From Rhizaria sp. SCN 62-66 (taxonomy: Eukaryota), in contig MEDY01000019.1 in NCBI GenBank assembly GCA_001724265.1, positions 62,001 to 126,000 on the forward strand: a stretch of DNA of 64,000 nucleotides. The letters are read 5' to 3'. The notes below the pieces were generated by a model. The model saw only the letters and a program-made list of their open reading frames with translations, made no database searches and was not told the DNA's origin. Positions 11,796 to 28,480 of the stretch are shown here, one piece after another (position 1 is the stretch's first letter; every line of letters begins with the position of its first letter). Both the position numbers and the translations under genes were made by a program.

Positions 11796-14447
11796 ATGTC
11801 GCACGCCGCTGCGCCCCCTGCGCCTCCCAACGGCTCCCTACCGTCACAAGCGTTGTTGAATTCATCCGCATTGGCGAATGAGCACGATGCAATGACAGGC
11901 AACGCCTCCGCACTCCTCGCTAACGATAGAACCACGCCTTCGCACAAAATCACGCCTACGAACGCTGCGGGCACTAGTAACCACAACCATAACGCCAACG
12001 CGAGCGACCCTCTCGCGCACGCGCACGCGCACGCGCACCACACGCACAGTGCGCCGCAGCCGTTCGTGCCGCAGTTCCCGACTCTCAAGGCACTGCTTAT
12101 CTACGCGCTGCGCAGCTTCACCAAGTCCTTCCTGATCGGTTACGGCATCCGCTCCGGCTTCCAGGTCGTGCTCCGCATCATCACGCTGCTGCGCTCATCC
12201 CCGCGCACGCTGCTCAACATTGACGCCGTCTTCGGCGCCGGCTCCACGCTCGCGCGCGCCGACGCCGTGCGACTGGGCCTCTTCTTCGGCGGCTTCACCG
12301 GCCTCTTCGAGCTCACCTACAGCTTGCTCGACCGCTACCGCGGGCCCGACGACGGCTGGAGCGCCGCCATCGCGGGCGCCGTCGCGGGCTTGTCGATCCT
12401 GTGCCAGCGCGGCGACACGCACCGCACGCTGGGCCTATATCTTTTCGCGCGCGTCGTGCAGTGCGTTTACAACGGGCTTAAGGCGCGCGGCAAGGTCTCC
12501 CCGCTGCCGCATGGCGACGCCGCGCTCTTCTCCATCTCCAGCGCCGTCGTCATGTACTGCTACGTGCTGCGCCCCGAGGCGCTGCCCAAGAGCTTCTACA
12601 ACTTCATCCTGCGCACGGGCCCAATCTCCGAGGTCTCACTGCGTGTAGTGCGACACACGACCTACAACGTGCCCTTCAACACCGACGCCATCAAGAACTT
12701 CATCCGAGACAAGTTCGCCTCGTCGCCTGGCTACTACTCCTGGTTCGCGTCCAGCGCTGCGCAGACGATCCCCGCGGCCGCCGTGCCCGCCATGGTCGCC
12801 GCCGCGATGCCCACGGTCCCCACGGTCACCCACTCCCTGCCCACGATCACGAACGCGGTGCACGCCGCGACGGCAGCGGCGACGGCGGCCGCGGCGGCGC
12901 TGCCCGCGGCGGCCGCGCCGGGCGCCGCGACGAAGCTGGACTCAGTCTACGCGTGGCTCTGGAGCGTCCTGCAGTCGAAGCGCGCCGCCGCCAAGCTCCG
13001 GCTTGCGGCGGCCGCGCAGGCACAGACGACCAAGGCCATCGCCAACTCAGCAGCCTCAGCCGCATCGGCCGCGGCAGCCGCTGTGGGCGCCGCCGCGGCG
13101 ACTGCGAGTGGGCTTAAGGGCGTGCTAGACATGGACGTCAAGCTCGCGGCGCCTCTGGTCGACAAGAGCGTCGCTGCCGCTGCTGCTAGCACCGCAAACG
13201 CTGGCGCCGCCGCTGCACTGACCGGGGAGGGCAAGGCCGCGCTGCGTGAGGCACTCATCCACCAGATGTTCGGCACCGGCGGCGTTTCCACTGCTGAGGC
13301 CGCCGCCGCCGCTGCTGCTGCCGCAGCCGCCACTGCCACCGCTGCGACTGCCGCGACAGCGACTGCCGCCGTCGCAGCCACTGCCGCTGGCGCGACGGCG
13401 ACTGCCGCTGCTGCTACCGCGGCCTCTGCCGCGACTAAGGCCGCCTCCAAGGCTGCTGCGACCGCGCTGTCGCCGTACGCGATGCCCACAGTCACCACGG
13501 CCGCCGTGTCGGCCGCCAAGCGCCGCGCCGAGGCGCTCGTCTTCGCCCCGCAGCCCGGGTACGCGCGGTGCCTGTCGACGTCGCTCGCGCTGTCCGGGAC
13601 CACCCAGGCCACCGCGGTCGCAGACTCGTGCGGCGGGTCCTTCGCGAAGCTGCCGTGCCTGGGGCTGCACCCGCAAGTGCCGCACTCGTGCGCGGCCAAC
13701 GGGGCCCGGGTGTTCCACACCACGGTGGAGAAGATCCTGCCGCTCTATTCGTCGCTCACGGTTGTGCCGCTGGTGCTGTTCAAGAACGTCAAGCTGCTGC
13801 GCGACCCGCTCAAGTACCTGCTCGAGGCTTCGGGCTCGATCCTGCGCTCGTGCTTCTTCTTGGGCTCCTTTACGTCGGTGTACCAGTGGTGCATCTGCGC
13901 GCACCGTAACGCCACGCCCTTTGGCGGCAAGGAGTCCAAGGCCGTTATCTTCGGCGCCGGGCTTGTGTGCGGTTTTGTGTCGATCCTGTTCGAGCGCAAG
14001 TCGCGCCGCAGCGAGCTCGCGCTCTATGTGTTGCCGCGCGCCGTCGACGCGTTGCTTTACATCCTGCGCGAGAAGCGCCTGCTACCGGGGCCCGCGCTGG
14101 GGTCCTTCGCCGTCGAGAACGTTTGGGTCTGGTGCGCCGCGATGGGCGCGCTGAGCTACTACTTCATCCACGAGCCGCAGCACGTGTCCGGGCTGGTCTA
14201 CACCGTGATGAAGTACCTGTTCGGCAGGGACCCGGCAGCGATGCGCGCCTGCAAGGCGGCGCTCCAGCAGCAGCAGAGCAAGAACAACAGCAACAATAAC
14301 AGCAACAACAGCAACAGCACTCAGGCGAACTCCGCTGTTGGTTTGACTAGCGATGGCGCTCTGAGGAAGGATCACGGTGACAATGCTGTCAACGGAAATG
14401 CGCTTGTTGATGCGACGGGTGTTGCTCCTGTTGCTGTCAAGGTTTGA
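11796..14447 (+). CDS. TMEM135: TMEM135 (PMP52)-like membrane protein with long Ala-rich insertion
   Basis: RLGLFFGGFTG, LGLYLFAR, HGDAALFSISSAVVMYCYVLRPEALPKSFYNFI, C..LHP...SC, ILRSCFFL, FERKSRRSELALYVLPRA match the TMEM135 family; ends TGA. Confidence 0.85.
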   Translation: MSHAAAPPAPPNGSLPSQALLNSSALANEHDAMTGNASALLANDRTTPSHKITPTNAAGTSNHNHNANASDPLAHAHAHAHHTHSAPQPFVPQFPTLKALLIYALRSFTKSFLIGYGIRSGFQVVLRIITLLRSSPRTLLNIDAVFGAGSTLARADAVRLGLFFGGFTGLFELTYSLLDRYRGPDDGWSAAIAGAVAGLSILCQRGDTHRTLGLYLFARVVQCVYNGLKARGKVSPLPHGDAALFSISSAVVMYCYVLRPEALPKSFYNFILRTGPISEVSLRVVRHTTYNVPFNTDAIKNFIRDKFASSPGYYSWFASSAAQTIPAAAVPAMVAAAMPTVPTVTHSLPTITNAVHAATAAATAAAAALPAAAAPGAATKLDSVYAWLWSVLQSKRAAAKLRLAAAAQAQTTKAIANSAASAASAAAAAVGAAAATASGLKGVLDMDVKLAAPLVDKSVAAAAASTANAGAAAALTGEGKAALREALIHQMFGTGGVSTAEAAAAAAAAAAATATAATAATATAAVAATAAGATATAAAATAASAATKAASKAAATALSPYAMPTVTTAAVSAAKRRAEALVFAPQPGYARCLSTSLALSGTTQATAVADSCGGSFAKLPCLGLHPQVPHSCAANGARVFHTTVEKILPLYSSLTVVPLVLFKNVKLLRDPLKYLLEASGSILRSCFFLGSFTSVYQWCICAHRNATPFGGKESKAVIFGAGLVCGFVSILFERKSRRSELALYVLPRAVDALLYILREKRLLPGPALGSFAVENVWVWCAAMGALSYYFIHEPQHVSGLVYTVMKYLFGRDPAAMRACKAALQQQQSKNNSNNNSNNSNSTQANSAVGLTSDGALRKDHGDNAVNGNALVDATGVAPVAVKV

Positions 14448-14734
14448 AGTGTTGCGGACTGGGGTGTAAGTTAAGACGAGAGATGTGTTGTTTTGATTAT
14501 TAATTCACTCCTTTTTATATTCACTCTGCTGTGTTCCGACAAGTGTTGCTTTGATTTGCTTTGATATGTTTTGATTCCAGTTTCCAGAGCTTTACAGGCA
14601 ATCATTCTACACGGGTTATCTCGCGATGTTCACAGTATAACTTACTACTAGTCATATAAAACCAACAGATCTAAAAACATGTTGTTTATCAAGTAGTATA
14701 GGGTAAAAGCGGACTATCAATATCATTCTCATCA

Positions 14735-15130
14735 TTACGGACTCACGTCATCCTATTCATTGTCATCATATTAATTGTCTTCGTCTTCATCGTTAGCCTC
14801 ATCCTCGTCATCATTCAAGTAATTATCATGATCATCTTCGTCTTCATCATGATGAACTTCAAGTTTTGAGATTTACTCGTCATCATCGTCGTCATGATTA
14901 AGGCGCCCGCCGTACTTGCTGTTCCAAGCCGACGGCAGCAACGCGTCGTCAGTGATGTCGCCGACAATATTTTGCACAAGCGTCACGAGACTTGTTACCT
15001 CTTCCGGCACGAACGCGCACACCCTTTAGGCTCTCAACATTTGCGACAACACCAGCTTGACCAATTGCCCCGACCTCTCCACGTTCATACTTTTGCGCCT
15101 TGGTGTCCGTCTGGGAGCAACGCTGCGCAT
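14735..15130 (-). pseudogene. Decayed ORF remnant with Asp/Glu-rich tail and several in-frame TAA stops
   Basis: Frame from ATG 15130 reads MRSVAPRR...MLRA*RVCAFVPEEVTSLVTLVQNIVGDITDDALLPSAWNSKYGGRLNHDDDDDE*ISKLEVHHDEDEDDHDNYLNDDEDEANDEDEDN*YDDNE(TAG)DDVSP*; acidic triplet periodicity persists across the stops. Confidence 0.45.
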
Positions 15131-15509
15131 TGTCGCCTCCTGGCGAGAGAGTAGCACATGAACAGCGAGGCGTCGCAGTTTTCGGACCTCAGATCAAGTT
15201 ACGTGATAGATTTGTCAACAATACATTTTTAACATTATTTCATCATTACATTCTGTTTTATGATACCAGCACAGCTTATCGCGACTTTCTTCAAGTGTGA
15301 CAGCGGTGAGAACAAATATCACTTTTCAACCACGAGTTTGTTTTTGGGCTATTGGCTACAGTGTGTGCCAACAGTCACAAGAGGAGACGAGGAAGAGCAA
15401 GATATGCGCTTTTGCGTGACAATGAAACAGATCCATTTTGGAGTATATGATGCTAACCAATACGCGACATCTTATATTTTTAATTTGTATAGGCACGTTG
15501 CCTGTACCG

Positions 15510-16865
15510 ATGGCGGACCAACGAAAAACGTTCAATCCTCCCTCAGAGAACAACGACTTCTTTGCTGACCACCAGGTCGTCACCAATCCCGTCCTGGGCG
15601 CGTCAACAACTTACTTTTACGGCGCTCCCGGCGCTGGTGGTGATGTTTCCTCCCATGTTCACCCCGGCATGCTTGCGCAGCATGGCTTAATGCACCCACA
15701 GCAGGGCGGTGCGTTTCCATCCCTTCCCCACCACCCACACCACCAAGCTCCCTCGCACGCACACGGTCACGGCCACGCGCACGTGCACCACCCTGGCATG
15801 TTGCACGGCCCCCCGCTGCCTGGGCCCGGCTCCCTGTACGGCGACAGCGGCAGCAGCGGCACAGGTTTCGTCTCCCACCCCCATTCCCTCTCTCAATCGC
15901 ACTCAAACTCGCACTCGCTTGCCCACGCGCTGCCGCTGCCGCTGCCGCTGGCCCCGATGCCCCTGCCGATGTCGATGCCGCTGCCGCTTAGCAGCGCCAG
16001 CGACTACCACCACAGCCACAGCCACGGTCACGGCTCCGGTCACGGCGCGTTCGCCGACCTCGGCTCGCTCTCGCTCTCGGCCCCTGGCGTCGTCGCCCCC
16101 GCTGCCGTCGCGGACGTCGGCAGCGTCGGCAGCGTCGGCAGCGCGGGCGGCCTGTCACACTCACACTCAGCGCTGTCGCTGGACGCCGCCGTCATCATTC
16201 CCGCAGCGAGCCTGTTCGACGTGCCCACGGTCAGCTCGCTAAACACGCACACGCACACAAGCAACACAGTGTCTTCCTCGTCGTCCTCGTCGTCCTCGTC
16301 GTCCTCTTCGTCCTCGTCGTCGTCGCAGTTGCTGCCAACGGGGGCGGAAGCGGCGGGTGGCAGTCCCCTCAGCAACAACACGACCCCGGGCACGGGTTAC
16401 GCCTACAACAACAGCAACAACAGTAGCAATATCAACACGGCTAGCCACAGCGGTTTCGCTGCAGTAGTCGCAGCAAGCGCGACGCCAGGCTCTGCGACAG
16501 TCACGACTCCACTGACCAACTCGAGCACGGGCACTGTCACTCCGACGCCGACGACGGCGGCGACTGGCACGGGGAGCGGTGGGGGGGTCTCCTCGCTGTC
16601 GGCCACGTCGTCGGCCTTTGTGCCACGCGCCTCGGCCCCGCCCTTCGTGCCCACGGGCATGCTGTCCCCCGCCAACGCGGTCCCGGCCTCCGGCGCGAGG
16701 GGGCTGCTGCGGTACAGCAATGTGCACGGCAGCGGCCACAACAACGGCGACGACTACGACGACGAGGACGAGGGCGATTACGACGATGAGGACAACAACG
16801 ACGACGACGATGACGGCTATAGCGGCAACAACAACAACAACAACTACAACCTATATCATCACTAT

Positions 16866-16899
<34 letters not shown>

Positions 16900-18383
16900 G
16901 CAACAACAACAATGGCACCGCAAACGCGAGCAGATTTAACGCGAGCAGTTTCCCCAGCAACGGCTACGCCAGAGCCCCCGCGGCAGGCGCCGGCTCTGTC
17001 ACCGGCGCCGGCTCGGCCGCAGCCTCCGCGGCGGCGTCCGCCGCGGGCTCTCTGGCGGGCTCGCAGCCCGGCTCCGCGCCCGGGTCCGGCCCCAGCTCCA
17101 ACCGGGGCTCCGGCCACCTCGCACCCGCTTCCCCGCCCCTCGCTCTGACCGGCAACAACAACAACAGCAACATCGCCAACAGCAATGGCGCTGGCGTGGG
17201 CGCGGATGCGGCGGCTTACCCGTACCTGGGTCTGAGCGCAGGCTTTTCTTACGGCGAGGGCGTCGTCGTGGGGGACCCGCGCAACGCGCGGTCGATGGCC
17301 GTGAGCGCGATGTCGGCCTGCTTCCCCGACTACGATTTCGCGGCGCACCTAGGCCCGGATTACGACGTGCTGACGAGCGAGGAGCAGGACTGGCTGGACC
17401 GGGAGATTGCAGCCCACTCGTCGCCCGCGTCCGCAGCGGCGGCGGCGGGGACGGCTTCGTCCGTGCCCAGGAACTCGGCTGAGCTGGAGGCGCAGCTCAA
17501 CGCGCTGAACGCCGCCCGCCTCTCTACTATGAGCAGCAAGACGCCGGGCGTGGGCGCCAAGGGCGGGACGCCGTTCTGGACGGCCGCCGCGCTGCCTATG
17601 GTCCGCGAAGCCAACGCCAACGCCGCCAAGAAGCTCTACCAGCAGCAGCAGCAGCAGGCGCAGTCGGGCTCGGTACAGCAGCAGCAGCAGAACAGCGGCA
17701 AGATCTGCGTTTACTTCCTGCAGGGCAACTGCCGGTACGGCGACGCGTGCCTGCACAGCCACGAGATCGAGGGCTCGAGCTGCTCGCTGTGCGGCGAGGC
17801 TGTTGCGCCCGCCGAGCGTCGCACGCACGCGCTGCACTGCGCCGAGTTCAACGCCATCGCGCGCGAGAAAGCGGCCTCGGTGACGGCCGAGTGCACGATT
17901 TGCCTCGAGAACATCGTGCGCAAGGGCCAGCGGTTCGGGCTGCTGTCACACTGCGCGCACGCCTTCTGTCTGCCGTGCGTACGCGAGTGGCGCGACGGCG
18001 CCTTTGGGGCGGGTGCGCTGAGCAAGTCCGTGGTGCGCGCGTGCCCGGCGTGCCGCGTGACTTCGCACTTTGTGATCCCATGCGACCGCCTCGTGGCGGA
18101 CCCGGAGCGCAAGGCCAAGATCGCCGAGATGTACCGCGCCGCGCTGGGCCGCGTGCCGTGTAAGTACTTCAACCCCAAGACCAAGGCCGACTGCCCGTTC
18201 GGCAGCTCGTGCTTTTACTCGCACCTCGACGCCAGCGGTAATAGCCTCAAGGAGACTGTGCCGCGGCTGAAGCTCGACGCCGAGGGACAGGTCACAGTGC
18301 TCACGGCGCCCAAGATGAGCGACTTCATCGACTTTGACTCTCTGAAGAAGATTAAGACCAAGGCGGGCAAGAAGCGTGGATAA
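15510..18383 (+). CDS. MKRN: Makorin family C3H zinc finger/RING E3 ubiquitin ligase
   Basis: C3H finger CVYFLQGNCRYGDACLHSH, makorin-type Cys/His motif, RING CTICLE...RFGLLSHCAHAFCLPCVREWR...CPACR, C-terminal C3H CKYF...CPFGSSCFYSH; start at ATG 15510; ends TAA. Confidence 0.92.
16826..16913 (+). repeat. Interrupted (AAC)n coding microsatellite, poly-Asn in makorin
   Basis: Two adjacent AAC runs encoding NNNNNNYNLYHHYNNNN...; boundaries approximate. Confidence 0.8.
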
Positions 18384-18692
18384 CTTAACGCAAAGCCAAC
18401 ATCACGAGAACTTGAGCAGCTGTTGTTTCAGCGTGATTGTTCGGTTGACACTTTTACGTAGCATTTTTACTTTAACTATTTCTCATTTTTTTTTTCTGAT
18501 TATATTCTTATGTTACGCAGCTATATCATACGTAATTCACCTGATTTGAAAAATAACGATATTCAACATATGCGTGTATTTCGTTTGAAGGCGCAAATCT
18601 AGAAGTTACAGAAACGTAGCGTAAAAACATTACACTACACGTTAGGAGGCGCTTACAATAGAACATACAATTGTAACACTTTCTTTTCGGAC

Positions 18693-24850
<6,158 letters not shown>

Positions 24851-25314
24851 CGTTGTAGTTATGATTTACAGCTATTGAGCTGCGATTTGAGAAATGTCCT
24901 AAAAGAATGTTATATTTCAAGTTAAAATAAGCTTTGTGAAACACAAATCAGGTAATATTATCGGTTTTTATATCTTCATTCAAGGGCCTTTAAACTCAAC
25001 CACAAAACTTCAAGTCGCTCGTGTTTGCTGCGGACAAGCAACAACCAGAATTTGACTGTGAGAGCAACAAGCTCACTTACGTTCAAATGACAGAGATTAA
25101 ATGTGTGATTTTATGCTACTATTTATGCTTAATTTATCTGAGCAAACATTTAACACTTTTATTTAAGTTGATACGTACGCGTTTGTGTAAGTTGCGAACT
25201 CGAGACAAATATGGTCACAGGTGTATTTTCTCGTTAAACAGTCAATAAATAATACCGTGCATAAATAACATGCATTTTAAGGCAGTTTCAGATCATAGAG
25301 CCTGTGAGAGAGCA

Positions 25315-28239
25315 TTAACGGCGTTGCTGCTTTCCTTTCCCTTTAGCTGCTGTCGCAGCAGCCGCAGCAGCGGCAACAACACCGCGCGCCTCACAAATCG
25401 CACAGCGACATTGCCACGAGAACCTGTTCTGGATCTCTTGCCCCAGCTCAGTCTCTTGCTTCGCGTCGCCCGCGGACACGGCCGACAGCAGAGCGCGTGC
25501 TGCCGTGACGGGGTCGGTGGAAGTTAGGCCACTAGGAGGACCGAAGATGTCGTCATCATCACCATCGCTGTCGGGACCTTTGCCACCCTTGCCCTTCCCT
25601 TTGCCTTTGCCCTTCGCAGCTGCGACACTCTTGGCGGTATGCACTGTCGTCGCTGCAGTCTCTGTCATTGTCGTTGTCGTCTCTGCCGCGCCAGCTGTTG
25701 AGAGTTGCTTCAGCGCAGTGGCGCAGCGGTCACGCTCGGCGTGAAGATTCAAGTCAGGCTCGGGCGTCAGCTCGCCCGCGTAGCTGATTGTGATTTCGTC
25801 CCCGACCAGCACCGCGCGCTGACACACGACGACGACACACGACGCGGCGGCGCGCGGCAGCAGGGACCGCATGAGCCGCGCGCGCTGATGCTGCTGATGC
25901 GCAGCCAAACCAGCGGCACTCGCGCTGCCAGTAGCAGCGGCAGCGGTGGCGAGGGCGGCGGCAAGCGACTTCGCGTCAGGCGCGCCGCCGTCGCTGTCCC
26001 CCAGCGGCAGCAGTGCGCTGGCGCCGGTGATGCTGGCGTTTGGGCGGCAGCTGTGGTTCAGCTGCGCGTGCCAGGGAAACATCCCGCACACGAGCGCGCT
26101 CGGGAGCGGGATCGCGTGCGGCTGGACAGCGGCGAGCTGGGGCAGCGGGCGCGGGCACACTGTGTTCACGGCAGCGCTTGCGGCAGCCGAGGCAGCGTCG
26201 GCAGTCAACGCAGCGCTGCTGCAGTTAGTCTTGCCGTGAGCGCTGTTGATGATGGCGCCTGCGCGGAGGTTGTGGCTCTCGAGCTCAGCGACTGTGGGCA
26301 GCTCGATGTGCTGTGTGTTGTGCGTCAGCATGCCGGCGAGCACATCAAGGAGCTCAAACGGCAGCAACACCGACGACGCATTCACATCACAGTTAGACTC
26401 ATTGCCAGAGTAAACAGCGTCGATCAAATCGCACAGAATAGTGTGCAGCTCAGTGATGAGCTCCTTCTCGCTCGTCACGCCCTCCGCATCCTCGTCGTCG
26501 CCTTGGTCGTCGACACTCTGTGCACTGTACACCGAGCGTTCGAATGAGTCTAGCGGAGCAAGAGCCGCACGCCAGGCGTCGTCGCTCAGCCCTTGCCACC
26601 ACTGCTTGGCACGGCACTGTTGCTGCGCTCGGTCAAACGCACGGAGGCGCGAGATGACTGTGGCGACAAGACGCGCCACGCGCAGTCCGGTGAGCCACTG
26701 GTTACTCGTCACAAACACAGCGAGCTGCGAGACAGCCGCCGCGGCCGCCGGCGTGAGCACTGGGGCGGCAGGGGCAAGTGCGGTTGCATCGGTGCTGACA
26801 GACTGTGAGCAGGGGAGGGTGAGGCCACCGAGCAGGAGCGAGAGGTGGGACGATAGCGCAGCGGCGCGGCAGCCGGGGCCACAAAACAACGGACCGGGGT
26901 GGTGATACGCAGGCACCGACGACTGGCTGGGAGTCACGATGTTGTTCTGCAGATCGTTGATATGCGTCGTTGTGACGTTCACAGGCAAAGGGCCGGCGTG
27001 CGCGCTGAAGCCGTAAAGACTGAACAAAGCATCGTTGGCACTTGCGCTATCATTACCCGAGTCGCTTGTGCTTGTGTTGCTGTTATACAGAGTAGAGCCA
27101 GTTGAGGTTTGCGTCGCCAGACTAACCGCGCACGATTTGCCGGTCGCAGCATCCATAGGCACACCACTCGCGCTCACAGCCAGACTGTCGTTCTTCGCCC
27201 CAGCCCCAACCCCAGCCTCAGCGTTAATACAGGGGTTGCCGCTGTTAGTCTTAGGACTTGCGGCAGCAACGGGAGGCGCGGGAAGCTTAGCGGCCCACAT
27301 AGCAGGGGACACCGTCACATACACCGGCTAAGACTCGTCCTCGTTCCCATCCAGCTGCCCACTGTCGCCCTCGGCCGTTTCAGGCTCCTCGTCTTTGTTA
27401 CTATCGTCACAGCCACTCTCCGCGGCTGCGGCTGCCTGCTCGCCGTCCCGCTGACTTGCAGCAGCAGCGCCAGCGGCAGTGTAGGCGCGCAGCGCTGTCG
27501 CGACGTGGCAGTGCTCTTCTGCCGCCGTGAGCACTGGACTGAGGCAGAAGTCGCACAATACAGCAGCCGTGCGCACCGGCAGCCCGCCATGCTGCTGCAC
27601 GCAGTCGCCTGAGTTCACAGCGGCGCCACAGCAAGTCGTCTCAGCGCCCGTCGCCGTTGCGTGCGCAGCGCACGCAGCGGTGCGCAGCAGAGGCAGCGGG
27701 TCGCCTTCTTCGGCCTCAGGCGCGTCCATGCCGTAGTGCGCGCACATCTTGGCGTTGTACCCGGTCAATACGGCCTGGCACTCGGCGCCCACCTCGTCCG
27801 CGCCGGGAACGGCGACCTCTTGCACGCCGAGGGCGCGCGGCGGTTCGCAGAAAATGACGTCGCCGGGGAGGAAAGGGCGGAGAGCGAACAAACCGCGGCC
27901 TTTGCCGGGAGTTTCTCGCACCTCAACGTCAAAGCACGGCGCGAAACAGTGATTAGCGGCAGGTGTAGCGGCTTGTGAGGTGATTTCCAAGGAAGAAGAG
28001 ACGGGCGCGCAGGGAAGCCAAGCGCCATCGGCGGTTGTGAAAGTAGCCGCAGTGGCGCGGGCGGGCGCAGCGAGGGCGCTGTAGGCAGCGGACTCAAGCG
28101 GGGCAAACACTGAAACAAGCAAGCGCTCTGCATCCGCAATAACGGAGGCGGACGTGGTGGCTGGGGGTGTGCGTGGGGCCAGGGGACGGCCGACTGGCAA
28201 GGAAGGCGCCGCCGTTAGCCACGACTGCCAGTAAGACAT
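25315..28239 (-). CDS. SMYD-like split SET-domain lysine methyltransferase; spans an in-frame TAG at 27328-27330
   Basis: SET N-half (VEVRETPGKGRGLFALRPFLPGDVIFCEPP) lies upstream of the TAG; SET C-half (GMFPWHAQLNHSCRPNA, GDEITISY) and post-SET (FSWQCRCAIC) lie downstream in the same frame; ends TAA. About 974 aa from ATG 28239. Confidence 0.82.
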
Positions 28240-28480
28240 TGCGCAAACTTCTTCTGGAGGCTGTTGAGAGAGACAGAAGAAGAGATATATCAAAAATATT
28301 TTAGTATAATATTAAAACCAAGAGATTATTACCCAAATCAATGTTACACTTTCTATAGTGCTGCAAATGTTGCAGGCACTCAAGCTTTGCCGATTTGTGG
28401 AGGGGACGCCGAAGTGGTGGGAGAGCAGGTCTTGATAATTGACTAAGTTCATTTGTCGGATATTGATCGTCAACAGCATC

